40,328 nt of DNA from positions 1-40,328 of the forward strand of contig JAVECL010000170.1 of assembly GCA_051942245.1 (NCBI GenBank). Direction: 5' to 3'. Below are positions 1 to 11,400 of the stretch, in pieces (within the stretch, counting starts at the first letter, position 1; the number at the start of each line of letters is the position of its first letter). A program made the position numbers and the translations under genes. The notes under the pieces were generated by a model. That model was not told the DNA's origin. It did no database searches and saw only the letters and a list, made by a program, of their open reading frames with translations. The stretch is from Trypethelium eluteriae. Lineage: Eukaryota.

Positions 1-481
1 AGTCACAACAAGGCGGAAGGGGGAGGGCGAGGGTGGAGGGGTGGAAGAGACCGAAGACGGCGGTGCTGAAGCAGAGTGGCAGGACTGTCGCGCGGGCGAA
101 CGAGATGCTCGCGGGGATGACGGCCACGAGCTGCTCGCGCAACACCACATAGGCCTGGAAGGCGCCCTCTGCTGTCCGGTTGGCGAAGTCGGTCGTCCCT
201 GCCGCCTCGCCCAGGACGCGGTCGCCGGGTACGAAGCGGGTGACAGCGCTGCCCACCTCGACCACTTCCCCCGCCACGTCCTGGCCTGGTACGCAGGGCA
301 TTTTGATGTACGGGAGCAGGTCATCGCCCCTGATTTGCTTGTAGACGTCGACGGGGTTGATCGCCATAGCGGCCGTCTTCACGACCAGCTCGTGGGGGCC
401 AGGTGGCGTGTATGGTGCTTCCTCCACCACAAGAGGCCCCTTCGGAGTCTTGAGGAAGACGGCATGGTTGGTAGGCGCCAT
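1..481 (-). CDS. Zinc-binding alcohol dehydrogenase/enoyl-reductase-like MDR oxidoreductase (CipB/AzaJ-like); only the 5' part, runs off the left edge
   Basis: Not in the ORF track because no stop falls inside the window. ATG at 481 reads MAPTNHAVFLKTPKGPLVVEEAPYTPPGPHELVVKTAAMAINPVDVYKQ...PCVPGQDVAGEVVEVGSAVTRFVPGDRVLG...EGAFQAYVVL...ATVLPLCFSTAVFGLF, the GroES-like ADH_N signature (AINPVD, GxDVAGEV, GDRV). Confidence 0.9.
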   Translation of the reverse strand, partial: MAPTNHAVFLKTPKGPLVVEEAPYTPPGPHELVVKTAAMAINPVDVYKQIRGDDLLPYIKMPCVPGQDVAGEVVEVGSAVTRFVPGDRVLGEAAGTTDFANRTAEGAFQAYVVLREQLVAVIPASISFARATVLPLCFSTAVFGLFHPSTLALPLPPCCD

Positions 482-1212
482 TGCAGAGGATCCGGGCCAG
501 GGGAAATGAGCTAGAAACGTAGATCGTGTGTGCAGACATGGCGGCTGAGGAATTGCTCATGACTTTGACCTCTGCGAGATTTCTTGGCAGCTGCTCCGAA
601 GGCAACGAGCTGTTCATGGCGACAGCGTTGTCCCTGTACGATCAAAGCCGTTCAAGCCACCAACTTAGGGTACTCGTACTCGTTGTCGTTGCTGCAGCTC
701 CGAGTGTAAATCAGGGAAGTACTGAGGTAGAATCACTCAGGGATACAGTTAGCTTGATCACCGGGTCGGAGGAGCACAAACAGCCCAGCCGAGCCGTCAA
801 GCCACAGTGACTGTACATGCTGATCCATGGGTTGTGTCTTAATGAGTGGGGAAGACGATAAAGTAGCGTCTTTATTACTACCCCTAAAGAGGACGTGTCC
901 GAGCAACATGCGAGCGCTAAAGGAAGTTGCGTCATGTTAGACTTGTGGATTCCCGCCGCTACCTTATGGAGGTGAATCTCTAGCTCACCAGCTTCCAGCC
1001 TAGCGCACGGGTGAGTTTCCCGGCTACTAGTACTAGTGTACCTTAGTAATAGCGCGTCAAGGGGCGGGCCGCCTGCCGTCGCGCCTTGGCTTTGGGAAAA
1101 AACATGAGCCTCAGCATAATGGAATTGTTTAATCATGTATCAGAATTTCCTCCCTTCGCTAGTGGAAGTCACATCGAAAACATGTAGTCCGGGACGGGCC
1201 TCACACGAAAGC

Positions 1213-2314
1213 TTAAGCCTCCACTTTCCCCAGCTTCTCCTTCAAGAAAGTAGCGGTGGCCGCGGCGGCATCGTCCGCTGCCTTGAACCCAGCAAACGCT
1301 CCAAACATATGTGGCGCTCCTGGATATAAGCTAATAATTGCCTCACTTCCACTCGCCATCCATTTAAGACTCATTAGTAGTGAGTCGTCTGCTAGCTGGT
1401 CTGCTGTACCAACTACAAACAAAGCAGGTGGTAATGAGTGAAATGGTGACTCGCGTACAAGCTTCGGCATATCATCATACAACGGTGATATGAGTGGATT
1501 ACGGCGCTTCTCCATACTCATATCTGGAAGATAGACCTCGATAAACTTCTCGAGCATCTTGTGGTCAATAACCCCAGACGGAACCTCGGCCACGGTGCTC
1601 GGCAGGTTGAACGTTAGATCATACATGCCATTGATGAGCAAGATGGCATCAAGGCGGTGTTTTGGGCGGGAGCGCATGAGCTGGAAGGTCGCGAGAGCGG
1701 CAAAGTTACCACCCGCCGACTCGCCGCCAAGCGCACGCAATGGAGCCCCGAACATGTCTTGATGGTCGACGAGATACTCGGCCACGTCGATGCAATCGTG
1801 GACTCCGGCGGGCCATGGATCTTCGGGTGCTAGCCGATAGCCCACCGAGACTGTAGTCAGCTGGTAGTCGTTCGCGAATCTCTTCAGCATCATATCTTGC
1901 CTGCACGAGAAGAATTAGGATGGATTTTCAAGGTGACCACGTGTGATCGGCTGAAACACTTTGAACCACTTACTCTAGGTGTGAGCTAAAGGCGAAGCCA
2001 CCACCATGAAAGAATGTGTAGACGCCTTTACTAGTCTTGCCATTGTCAGGCTTGTAGAACCGGATTGGGATATGACGGTTGTGATCGCGAGATGGAATAA
2101 TGGAGTCTTGCGCATTAGGGTCAACCGGCGGAGCTGGGAATTGCGTCTTTCCTGAACTAATCATTTCCCGGTACTTGGCAGCTCCTACGTCGTACCATTT
2201 GGGGGCGCCCTCAGTCATGCTCTGCATGATCTGAAGGATCTTCTCCGTGCCCGCATCGATATTGCTTGGGTGAAACTTGGCAGCATCGATGGTAACGTCA
2301 CTTGGAAGCGACAT
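1213..2314 (-). CDS. Alpha/beta hydrolase, hormone-sensitive lipase (family IV, Abhydrolase_3) esterase, ~342 aa
   Basis: Exons 2314-1974 and 1900-1213; intron 1973-1901 (GTAAGT..CTAAT..CAG) joins the two ORFs in frame. Motifs: HGGG oxyanion loop, VGYRLAPEDPWPAG, nucleophile GESAG, candidate Asp (GTAD) and His (GAPHMF). Confidence 0.92.
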
Positions 2315-3053
2315 GATGACCGATTGTGATGTTGGATGGTGTGAAGACTGTGGTCGGCTTGACTTAAAAGCAGAATCCAGACCTGAGCCTTAGGCGAGGG
2401 TAGAGAGCTATGATGTCGACTGAGGCGGATATGGGATATGGTGGAGATTAGGCAGCTAAGTTACCTTAGGTACCTAACCTAAGCCAACACACCCATAGAA
2501 TACGTCGATAAGCCTCTGTGTAATCTACGTTCATTGATTACGGTATGATTTCAAGGAGAATGGCCTAATTGGGAAGGCTACGGTTCAGCCCCTGCGTTGC
2601 GCCAAGAGTATCCCGGAGTTCTTCCCGCCGTTGCTTTTTCTCAGCAGCGCCACCCACCACGACGAACCGCCTTGCTCCAACGTCGCTCTCCGCCCGCGTT
2701 GTCTGCGCAGATCCCGGCACCGACAGCTCTTCTTCTTCTTCGAACATGGGATAATCGCACTATCAACCAACATGCAGGAGGATCACCATGCAGGCGGGGT
2801 CATGTACTCTATATCGCGGGGCGGTTATTGTAGACCGTACTTCCTGTTATATCGGTGATACGTCAAGCTAAAAAGGTATCCACCTCTTCTCATAGTGTCT
2901 GTCTTGGGGCCAAAACAAGAGTACCGATGACTATTCCTATCCCCGTGATCGTGTCTACAGTATAGACGTGATTTCTGTGTCCTTTCTCTATGCTGTGTGA
3001 GCAATTCTACAAGACACACTTTTGGGAGAAGAACCATCATCCGCAAGAACGCA

Positions 3054-4445
3054 ATGGTCATCCACATCTTGGACAGGCCGGAGAATGCAGCCGGCTGGGT
3101 CTTGAGCATCATCCTTACACCCATCTGTGTTGTTGCGACGGCGTTGCGCTTCGTTGCTACCAAACGCAGCAGACGCGACCCTGGCTGGGAAGACTGGTGG
3201 GCGCTGCTGGCCTTGATCTTCTTTATTCCTTATGCGGTTTACCTGATCATGAGTACGTGTTTTGCTTTCCCTACTTGCGCGACGAGATTCGACTTGTGCA
3301 CTGAGCGCTAATATCGGTCCTATCAGTACTTACGCAAGCAAATGGACGCTCAACTGTCCAGTACATTATTGAGGATCCCAAAGGTTGGGAAATCATGGCA
3401 CCATTCGGTCTGATGGTGACCGCGCTATTCGGACCGCAGCAGACTTTTGTCAAGTACAGTTTGCTAGCACTTTATCACCGCATCTTCTGGGTTCACCGCG
3501 GCTTCGTGCGCATGGTATGGATTGTCGCCGTTATCCAGGGCATGTGGGGTCTTGTGGTTCTGCTTGTGCAAATCAACGCCTGCCGGCCCGTCAAGAAAAG
3601 TTGGTACCCTGAAATCCCAGGCTACTGTATTAACACGGATCTATTCTTCTCCATCTATGAGCCCATTAATTCGCTGCTCGACTTTGTCGTGGCGGGCATG
3701 GCGATTTACATGTTGTGGAAGCCCACATTCCGTCGGAATACAGCCCAGGTTTGGTGGTTATCAGCCTTGTTCACGCTGGGAGCTTTGTAAGTCATCACTC
3801 GCGTGTCAGTGTTGGGGCTTGACCTTCCCTGATTGTGAATCCAATGGACTAATCTTACCGTATCTGCAGCTCGGGTATCCTCGGTATCGTCAAGACGGTC
3901 GAGGCCCAGAACGCCACAAGTAAGTTCCTTTCTCTCGTATTCTTTCGCTCTCTCTTGGGCCCCTCCACTCCATGTTTCGTGACGCACAACTAATTCCACT
4001 TTCTCTCCTCGCAGAGAACAACTACCTTTGGGTGGACTGGAATCTCGTCCAGGAGGCCACTAGTATCATCTGCTGCTGCACACCCATCTATATGTCCCTA
4101 TTACCCAAGACCAATTGGTTCAGCTCGATCAGTTCGTGGGCTTCACGCACCTTCTTCTCGTCCCATTCCAAGCTGTCGGGAGGTTCGTCTGGTGCCACTA
4201 AAGCAACAAATGGCTCCGGTTCGAGCTCTGGAAATTCCTCCAAGCATCGCAATCGCTCTAATGTCAACGCGTCCGGAGCACAGTCTGATGGTGCAAGCGA
4301 GCATGAGCTCGTCACGCATGGTCCCGATTCGGCATACACGTATGCCATCGGCAAAGGTAATTCCATCGGTGATTGGCAGAGTGAGGAGAAAGACGGTGTC
4401 CCCATGCGCCAGGTCTGTGTGGAGCACTCAGTTGAAGTCGTTTGA
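3054..4445 (+). CDS. Fungal rhodopsin-domain integral membrane protein (PTH11/SAT4-like, no CFEM), ~379 aa
   Basis: Exons 3054-3252, 3327-3786, 3870-3919, 4015-4445 with GT..AG introns in frame. Multiple hydrophobic helices and family motifs ALRF..., GWEDW, KYSLLALYHRIF, ACRPVKKSW...GYC, IICCCTP; Ser/Gly-rich C-tail. Confidence 0.88.
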
Positions 4446-5100
4446 GCCCTACATCTCGTAGCGGCCCTTATAAAAGAATCAGGAAGATGAAGAATATGAC
4501 CAGGTGCAAGGCGCTCATGTATCACCATTGTGTCGCCGAGTAAGATTTTCGATATATAGCAGCGCTGATTTCAACGTGCATGTACTATCCCATTACTTAG
4601 CCAGAGAATCATCAGACATAATGTCAAGACGTGCTTGAAAGCTCTGGTGCTCTAACTCTCTTTCCCGCTCTTATAGCGAGGAGGTCGCAAAGTAGTCTCT
4701 ACACTGGATCGAGGCCTTGTTCCAGGTGTCCTGCGTGACATTCGATGTAGCTATGCAGTATTACGAAGTATACTCCATTACGTTTGGAAAGTGCGGCCTG
4801 AGAGACGGGCAGCATCAGCTCTGATTATAATCTGACTTATGGCAATGATCGACCAGCTTCATCATCCCAATGTCTTCATCCTCATTTCTCTCATTTCATG
4901 CTTCTACTTTCACCGATCAATGCTCGAAGATCGATCAGAACGCGAGACCCGATAAGGTTGGTACCCCATGTGAACTTGTCGTTCTCTTGGAAAACGGTAT
5001 CTAAAAACTGTCGAGGTAGTACGCAATTTGACTGTGGCCAGTAATCAGGCAAGCAAGCAAGAGCTCAGAATCCCACAAGGACTCAATTCTCTACTCTATC

Positions 5101-5565
5101 ATGGCGCTCCCAAGCTCTCTTCCCTCTCTTAACGCCCGCGAATCCATCACAGACGCACTCTACCGCTTCGTCACCGGACTCGATACTGCAGATGCCGCTC
5201 TCTTCGACTCAGCCTTCACTACTGATGCGCGTTTCGAAATGAACGGCAATGTACTCGACGGTTTAGATGCTATCCACGATAAATGCTACAATCTCGTTGC
5301 AAAGCTAGATACCACCCACTTCATCACCAATGTTCGCGTGAACGTTAAAGACGGAGAATCTAAGGCCTCTATGACCGCTACTGCGCTTGCTCAGCATTAC
5401 CGCCACAAACAAGGAAAGGAGCCAGGCGCTCCGCACTTCACAGCGGGCAGTCGGTACTTTGTTGATTGCGCGAAGGACGAGAAGGATGGTCTGTGGAAGA
5501 TAAGTCACTTTAAAGGCGAGAGTGTCTGGTTAGAAGGTGATCGCGCGGCTGTGGTTGAGAAGTAG
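5101..5565 (+). CDS. SnoaL-like (SnoaL_4)/NTF2-fold protein, 154 aa
   Basis: Single-exon ORF with RESITDALYRFVTGLDTAD..FDSAFTTDA, TTHFITNVRV, ALAQHY and C-terminal DGLWKI, typical of fungal SnoaL_4 proteins. Confidence 0.85.
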   Translation: MALPSSLPSLNARESITDALYRFVTGLDTADAALFDSAFTTDARFEMNGNVLDGLDAIHDKCYNLVAKLDTTHFITNVRVNVKDGESKASMTATALAQHYRHKQGKEPGAPHFTAGSRYFVDCAKDEKDGLWKISHFKGESVWLEGDRAAVVEK

Positions 5566-6429
5566 AGTAAGGGAAGCCAATCTGTACTCAGCACATGGTG
5601 ATCCACCATCCGTAGTTTGATGCAAACTCTTGAGGAATTGATGACTTTGAGACCTTCCCATTCTTCTCACTTTCTACCACCCGGTTGAAAATGACCGCGA
5701 GATTCCTGTTGCTCAGTTCCTGCCGTCAGGCCCACCACCCTTCACCGTGTTTAGTTTGTTTCCTAATGATGAGCCACTCCTGGACGCGTCACTGACTGGC
5801 CTGGCTCGACCGTCTACTGAATCAAGTTTGTTTCACGCCGCGGATGAACGCCAAGCGTCATCCGGCCCCACGCTGTTCCTCGGCCATCGTCCGCAACGAC
5901 CGGTTACATTTAGCGGTGCAATAATGCAGTAATCAATACTGTCCGATATTGCACATGCGCACTACACCATGCGTCGCTCATTAACGATTCTCGATACTTT
6001 GCCAACTCCGAGCTATAATGCGCCACCAACATTCGCGCAGTTTTCGATAGTCGTAACGGTCCGGCACGGGACGACCCTGAGTAACGCCAAGGGTGCTACG
6101 CACTTTCATTGTGGCGTTCACAGGAAAGACTAGAGTACAAGCTACTTTCACGGGGCGCTTGTTCACGGCATGGCGAGCTACATCTGCAGTCTCATCACAG
6201 GATCTCCGCCAGAAGGGTTGCATAGCCGTTAAGCTATACGATAGCCACGACAGCTGCCTGCCTAATGTCATGACCCAGCTTGCGATTTAAGCCCGACAAC
6301 CAATCTCAAGCATAATTTTAATACACAAAGGAAAGCAATCATGCAGGCCTAATTCTTAAGATAGAGGTCACCCCCGTTACTTGAATAGCTTTTTATCTTC
6401 CAAAGTTGTATACAAGACCGTAAGCGTTT

Positions 6430-7850
6430 ATCGACACGACGCTTACTCCAAAACATTCTTCAAATCCTCTTATAGGGAGTTGTGAATTTTTAATTCGCAG
6501 TAGATGTTCACTTTGATCTTGGCTTCATGGCTGGTACGAATCTCTCCAATTGGCTATAGGAACAGGTCATTATTCTCTGCCCATTTATCAGTTGTTAGCG
6601 GAGTAAGATTAAAAATAGGGCTTTTCGAGCGATCTAGAGGAATAAGAGTAATGTTATCATTCCAGTCTTCTTGCTCGACGACCTGTCAAAAGGCCTTGAA
6701 CGAGACGTGGTGGTATACGATAGCGTCAAAATCAGTCACTTTTTTTCAGCCGAAGAGCGGTAGAAGGGATACAATCGATTGAAGAGGTCAGTAGTATTCA
6801 GCTGAGACGGGTGATAGAAGACCTGACAAATTAAGGGCCGTTCGATCTGCACCCAGCTACGATGACGGCATAGGCACTTGCCTACGTTCCAACAGTGACG
6901 GATTCAATCACCTAGGTACGCAACGTACTCGCTAAGACGAAAAAGGGTCACCACCGAAGACGCCCCCACAAATAATGAGCATACCACCATACTAAGGTAT
7001 GGTACATAGCTTTATGCGGGACGGGACGCTGGTCTATCCGTTCTAGCGTCTGACTTATCTCATCCGATGAGTGGGGGCCAAAACCCATCCCTGTGGGGCT
7101 GTCTAAGCTAAGGCAGAAACGCGATTACGGCATGGTAGGCGTTTGTCCTTCCCTTCGACTGTCTGACTTTCCCGTGCTCGATAGGTGAAAAGTAACAAAC
7201 GCGCCTCGGCCGGCTCTTTCAGTGGGGATCGGCAGTCAGATTGAGACACGGATGCTGCTCCTTTCATTGGACGTCTAATCTTCTTCGACCTTTGCGTCCT
7301 ACGGAGGGGGCTGAGACTAGGCGATGCTAAGAGCGAAGTAACATAGTCCTCGTCTCGAGCACAGCGGCTGAAGAAAATAGGGAGGTTCGGCAGCCTGAGA
7401 TCCTGAGAAATCATCTTTGCTGCGTAACGGCCCGACCACTATCGGAGAGCAGAGGGATTGAGGCTGAGACAAAATCTCATCTTATTCTATTAGGAAGGTG
7501 GAGTATAAGCAACGCTGCCGAGATCTCGTTAAAGCCAAAATAAGATCAGATTAGTACTGACAGTCCAAACTACATCAGCGGCCCACGGGGGTTTTCAACC
7601 CCGATTGCGGCTTCCTAAACAGAGTGAATACTGTTTATATACCGTTCTTGCTTTTTCAATTCGAACGCTTGCGGTACTTTTTCAAGTTACCGTACACGTT
7701 CGATAAAATAGATCCCGATTGTGGCGCTTCTATACACATCTGTGGGCAAGGTAACGTCACGTACAATCTATTCATAGATGTGCCAAGATGAGCTAAAAGC
7801 TGAGATTGAGAGATGCCGAGTATTCCGCTTTCCAGGGGTCATCGAAGCAT
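6430..7850 (-). pseudogene. Degenerate multi-exon gene of unknown family with internal repeat, possibly RIP-mutated
   Basis: Protein-like minus-strand frames interrupted by TAA/TAG/TGA and frameshifts, e.g. IYFIERVR*LEKVPQAFELKKQERYINSIHSV*EAAIG; MRFCLSLNPSALR*WSGRYAAKMISQDL; P*SRFCLSLDSPTGMGFGPHSSDEISQTL; VTDFDAIVYHHVSFKAF*QVVEQEDWNDNITLIPLD...FL*PIGEIR. Intron-like GT..AG remnants. Boundaries approximate. Confidence 0.55.
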
Positions 7851-8492
7851 ACTTTAGGTACGTTGAAGGCACTGATGGTGTATGAGAAAAGGATGGTACG
7901 TAGGTGGGACTAACAAAGTGGAGCTACCTAGCTACCTAGGCAGGTACCTCGTAGCGAGAGATGTGGCTCGTGCGGCCGTTCTTGCCTATAACGTACCGGA
8001 GGGCTCTTCTTCGGGAAGGCGCCGCTATAGATACCGGATCTGCAACCGCTTGCAGCGTTGAAAAAAACGTCCATTTTAATACACACTGGCTTCGGGCAAG
8101 TCACAACCAACGTACGCATGACAACCGCAATGAAGGATGATCAACCCTGCCATCACATTGCAGGAGTTATCCAGTAGTGCAAGACATTCCAACATGTTCA
8201 GGTACCTTTGACACTCGAGGTCTTGGCAGGTATAGGAGGTAGTTTGTAGAATCATTCGTGTAACGCGAATCAGCCACTGACATCCCATGTCCCGATGGGC
8301 CCACAGCATCGAGACATGGGATACATCCCTTGCTCGCCTGTAAACAATCATCACAGCTTTTTGGACTCGCGATATCCCATGGCTAATAATTTTTCGAAGC
8401 GTGTGAGGACTGTGTGACTATCGGAGGCGAACGGATCGATTCAGCCTTATAGTCAACGAATTGGATTCCCTTAGGATCAAGTTCTCATCTAG

Positions 8493-11400
8493 ATGGGAAG
8501 CATATCCCAGAACGAGGGGCCCACAATTCTCTTGTTCGGGCCCCAGAGTCTCTCCTCTAGCAGACACTCACTTTCCAAGCTCCGTTCATGGCTGAATGAT
8601 GAACGAGGAAGAAGCCAGCGAGACTGGGCCTGGACGACGCTTGCTGAGTTGCCGGTTTTCTGGGACGCCTCAGCGGTCAAGATAGAAAAGTTACGCTCCT
8701 TGTCTGGGAAAAAGCTCTTCACAGATTTCCAAAGATGGTTGACAAAGGGGTCAGAACCCGAGGAACATGCAGCTCTCACCAGCTTGCCCAACATGCTCCT
8801 CACTCCTCTCGTGGTACTGACGCAGCTGACGCAATTCTGGCACTACCTCGAGCTTCATTATGGTACAGTTGACCACGGTCTCCACGTCCTACGCAACCAG
8901 AAGGCGCAGACGCTGGGCTTCTGCACGGGTCTTCTGAGCGCTTACGCCGTCGCGAGTTCCTTCAACCAAGACGATCTGGAGCGCTACGGCGCGGTGGCGA
9001 TCCGGCTAGCCACGCTGGTGGGAGCCATCGTCGATGCGTACGATATTGACCAAGGACGGGCAACGTCGTTCACCACCGCATGGCACACGTCACAACAGGG
9101 CGCCGATCTGGAGCGCGCGTTAGCTCAGTACCCTCAGGATGCGTACTCGTCGGTTTTGTATGACGAGCGAAAGGCGACATTGACCGTTTCAGAGCGCGCT
9201 GCCCCAGAGTTGCTTTCGCGTCTGCGTGCTGCTGGCTTCACCACCACTGAGGTCGGTCTGCGTGGTCGCTTTCATACCACGGCGCACCAGGAGATGCTGG
9301 ACGCACTGCTGCACCTGGCGGATGTAGATCTGAAGCTGCAGTATCAGAATGCCACGCAGCTAGGCATGTTGTCATGTACCAATACAGACGGCAAGCCTTT
9401 GCGTGAAGGCCCATTGTATGTCCATGCATTACGGGGAATCCTGGTGGAACAGGCCAATTGGTATGGTACTTTGACCGCTGCATGTGACAAAACCGGCAGC
9501 AACACGCGTATAGTCAGCTTCAGCTCTCAGCGATGCATACCGTCGAGCTTGCTACGGATATTGCACCCGCAGTTGTTGGAGATTGGAATGCAAGCAAGTC
9601 CAGATGCCATCGTGAGCGACTCCTCCCCATCCCAGACTCAATCTTCAGCCCTTCCTTCGCCGGCAGACGTGAGGAATAACGACATTGCCATCGTGGGGCT
9701 GTCCATTAAGGTCGCGGGCGCTGACGACGTTGATGAGTTCTCCACGTTGCTCCGCTCGGGCATCTCCCAGCACACGGAAGTGCCCTCCTCTCGCGTCCCC
9801 TTCGGCACTTCCTCCACCCCCTGGCGACCCGATCCCACGGACGGGCCCAAGCGGAAGTGGTACGGCAACTTCGTCAGCGATATTGATGCCTTTGACCACC
9901 GCTTCTTCCGGAAGAGCGTGCGGGAGAGTGCTGCGATGGACGTGCAGCAGCGCCTTTTCCTACAGGCGGCTTACCAGGCGGTCGAAATGGCCGGGTGGTT
10001 TGCTAAGGCTGGACATGAAAAAGAGGAAGACAGGAAAGATAATGTGGGAGTGTATGTGGGCACATGCGCTACCGACTACGAGCACCAGGCTGCATGCCAT
10101 GAACCTGGCGCGTTCTCCGCCACGGGGTTATTGAGGAGCTTCATTGCTGGAAAAGTATCGCATTTCTTTGGCTGGACCGGGCCAGCGATGACGCTCGATA
10201 CAGCGTGCTCAGGCTCTGCTGTTGCAATACATACTGCGTGCAGAGCTCTACTACACGGAGAATGTAGTGCCGCGTTATGTGGAGGCGTGAATACCATTGG
10301 GACTCCGCTGTGGTTTCAAAATCTCGCGGGAGCCTCGTTTCTTAGCCCAAGCGGACAATGTAAACCATTTGACGATCTGGCTGATGGATATTGTCGTGGA
10401 GAGGGCATTGGCGCTGTGCTTTTAAAACCAATGAAAGCTGCCATAGCTGACAAAGACATCATATTCGGGCGCATTTCGAGGTGAATTTCTAATCCATGAG
10501 ATGAAGTCAGAACTGACATGCAAATGCACAGCACCACGGTCAACCAGAATGACAATTCGACGCCACTATTTGTTCCCAATGCGCCCTCCCTATCTCGGCT
10601 GTTTGTGGATGTCATTAACGATGCAGGCCTGGCTTCACGGGATATTTCCCTTGTCGAGGCCCATGGCACAGGGACACCAGTAGGTGATCCTGTTGAATAT
10701 GAGAGCGTCCGTCAAGCTCTAGCTGGACCTATCCGGGCTGAACCACTTCCTATTGGTTCTATTAAAGGCCTAATTGGCCATACCGAAAGCACGTCCGGCG
10801 TTGCCTCGTTAATCAAGGTCCTTGTCCTAATGCATGAGGGCTTTATCCCACCACAGGCAAGCTACTCAAAGCTGAGCCATCGTATCGACGCGTCCCCGAC
10901 GGATATGATTGAGATACCAACAAGTCTTCGGGAATGGACTGTGGGAGATAAAGCGGCCTTAATTAATAATTATGGCGCCAGCGGCTCGAATGCGTCGATG
11001 GTTGTCCGCCAGACGCCGTATAACGGCCAAGCTACAGCCGCAATCCACAATTTCTCACGGCAACCCTTTTGGATAACTGGGCGAGATCGACTGAGCATTG
11101 CAGCATACTGTATCAGACTCGTGCAGTTTTTGAAGAGGGAGGCGAAACAGAGATCTCTAGCGGACATTGCGTTCAATGTCGCCCGTCAATCCAACCGCTC
11201 ATTCACGTCTGGCCTCATCTTTAGTTGTAGCTCAGTTCGCGAGTTGATCGAGACGCTGTCGTTGAGCCCACTCCCACCTGTCGACATAAAACCAGCGCGT
11301 CCAGTAATACTCTGCTTCGGGGGTCAGGTCTCGACGTTTGTAGGCCTAGATCACGGAGTCTATGACAGCGTACAGATCCTGCGAAAACATCTCCGCAAAT

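Noticed and set aside
41..617. Listed ORFs 41..514(+) and 321..617(-)
   Set aside because: Antisense or off-frame shadows of the GC-rich MDR gene starting at 481(-).
2466..2477. Palindrome TTAGGTACCTAA and similar TAGGTA-rich tracts near 7925-7950
   Set aside because: Short and common in fungal intergenic DNA; no transposon termini or target-site duplication seen.
2565..2990. Possible Zn2Cys6 regulator remnant (KSRLYC, CDYP; ORF 2565..2747)
   Set aside because: The six-Cys spacing cannot be reconstructed and the fragments are unlinked; probably chance.
760..8435. Shared CGG/GATA motifs in cluster promoters (TCGGAGG near 766 and 8421; CGATAAG near 2507 and 4950)
   Set aside because: Too short and inconsistent to exceed chance without a motif-enrichment test.
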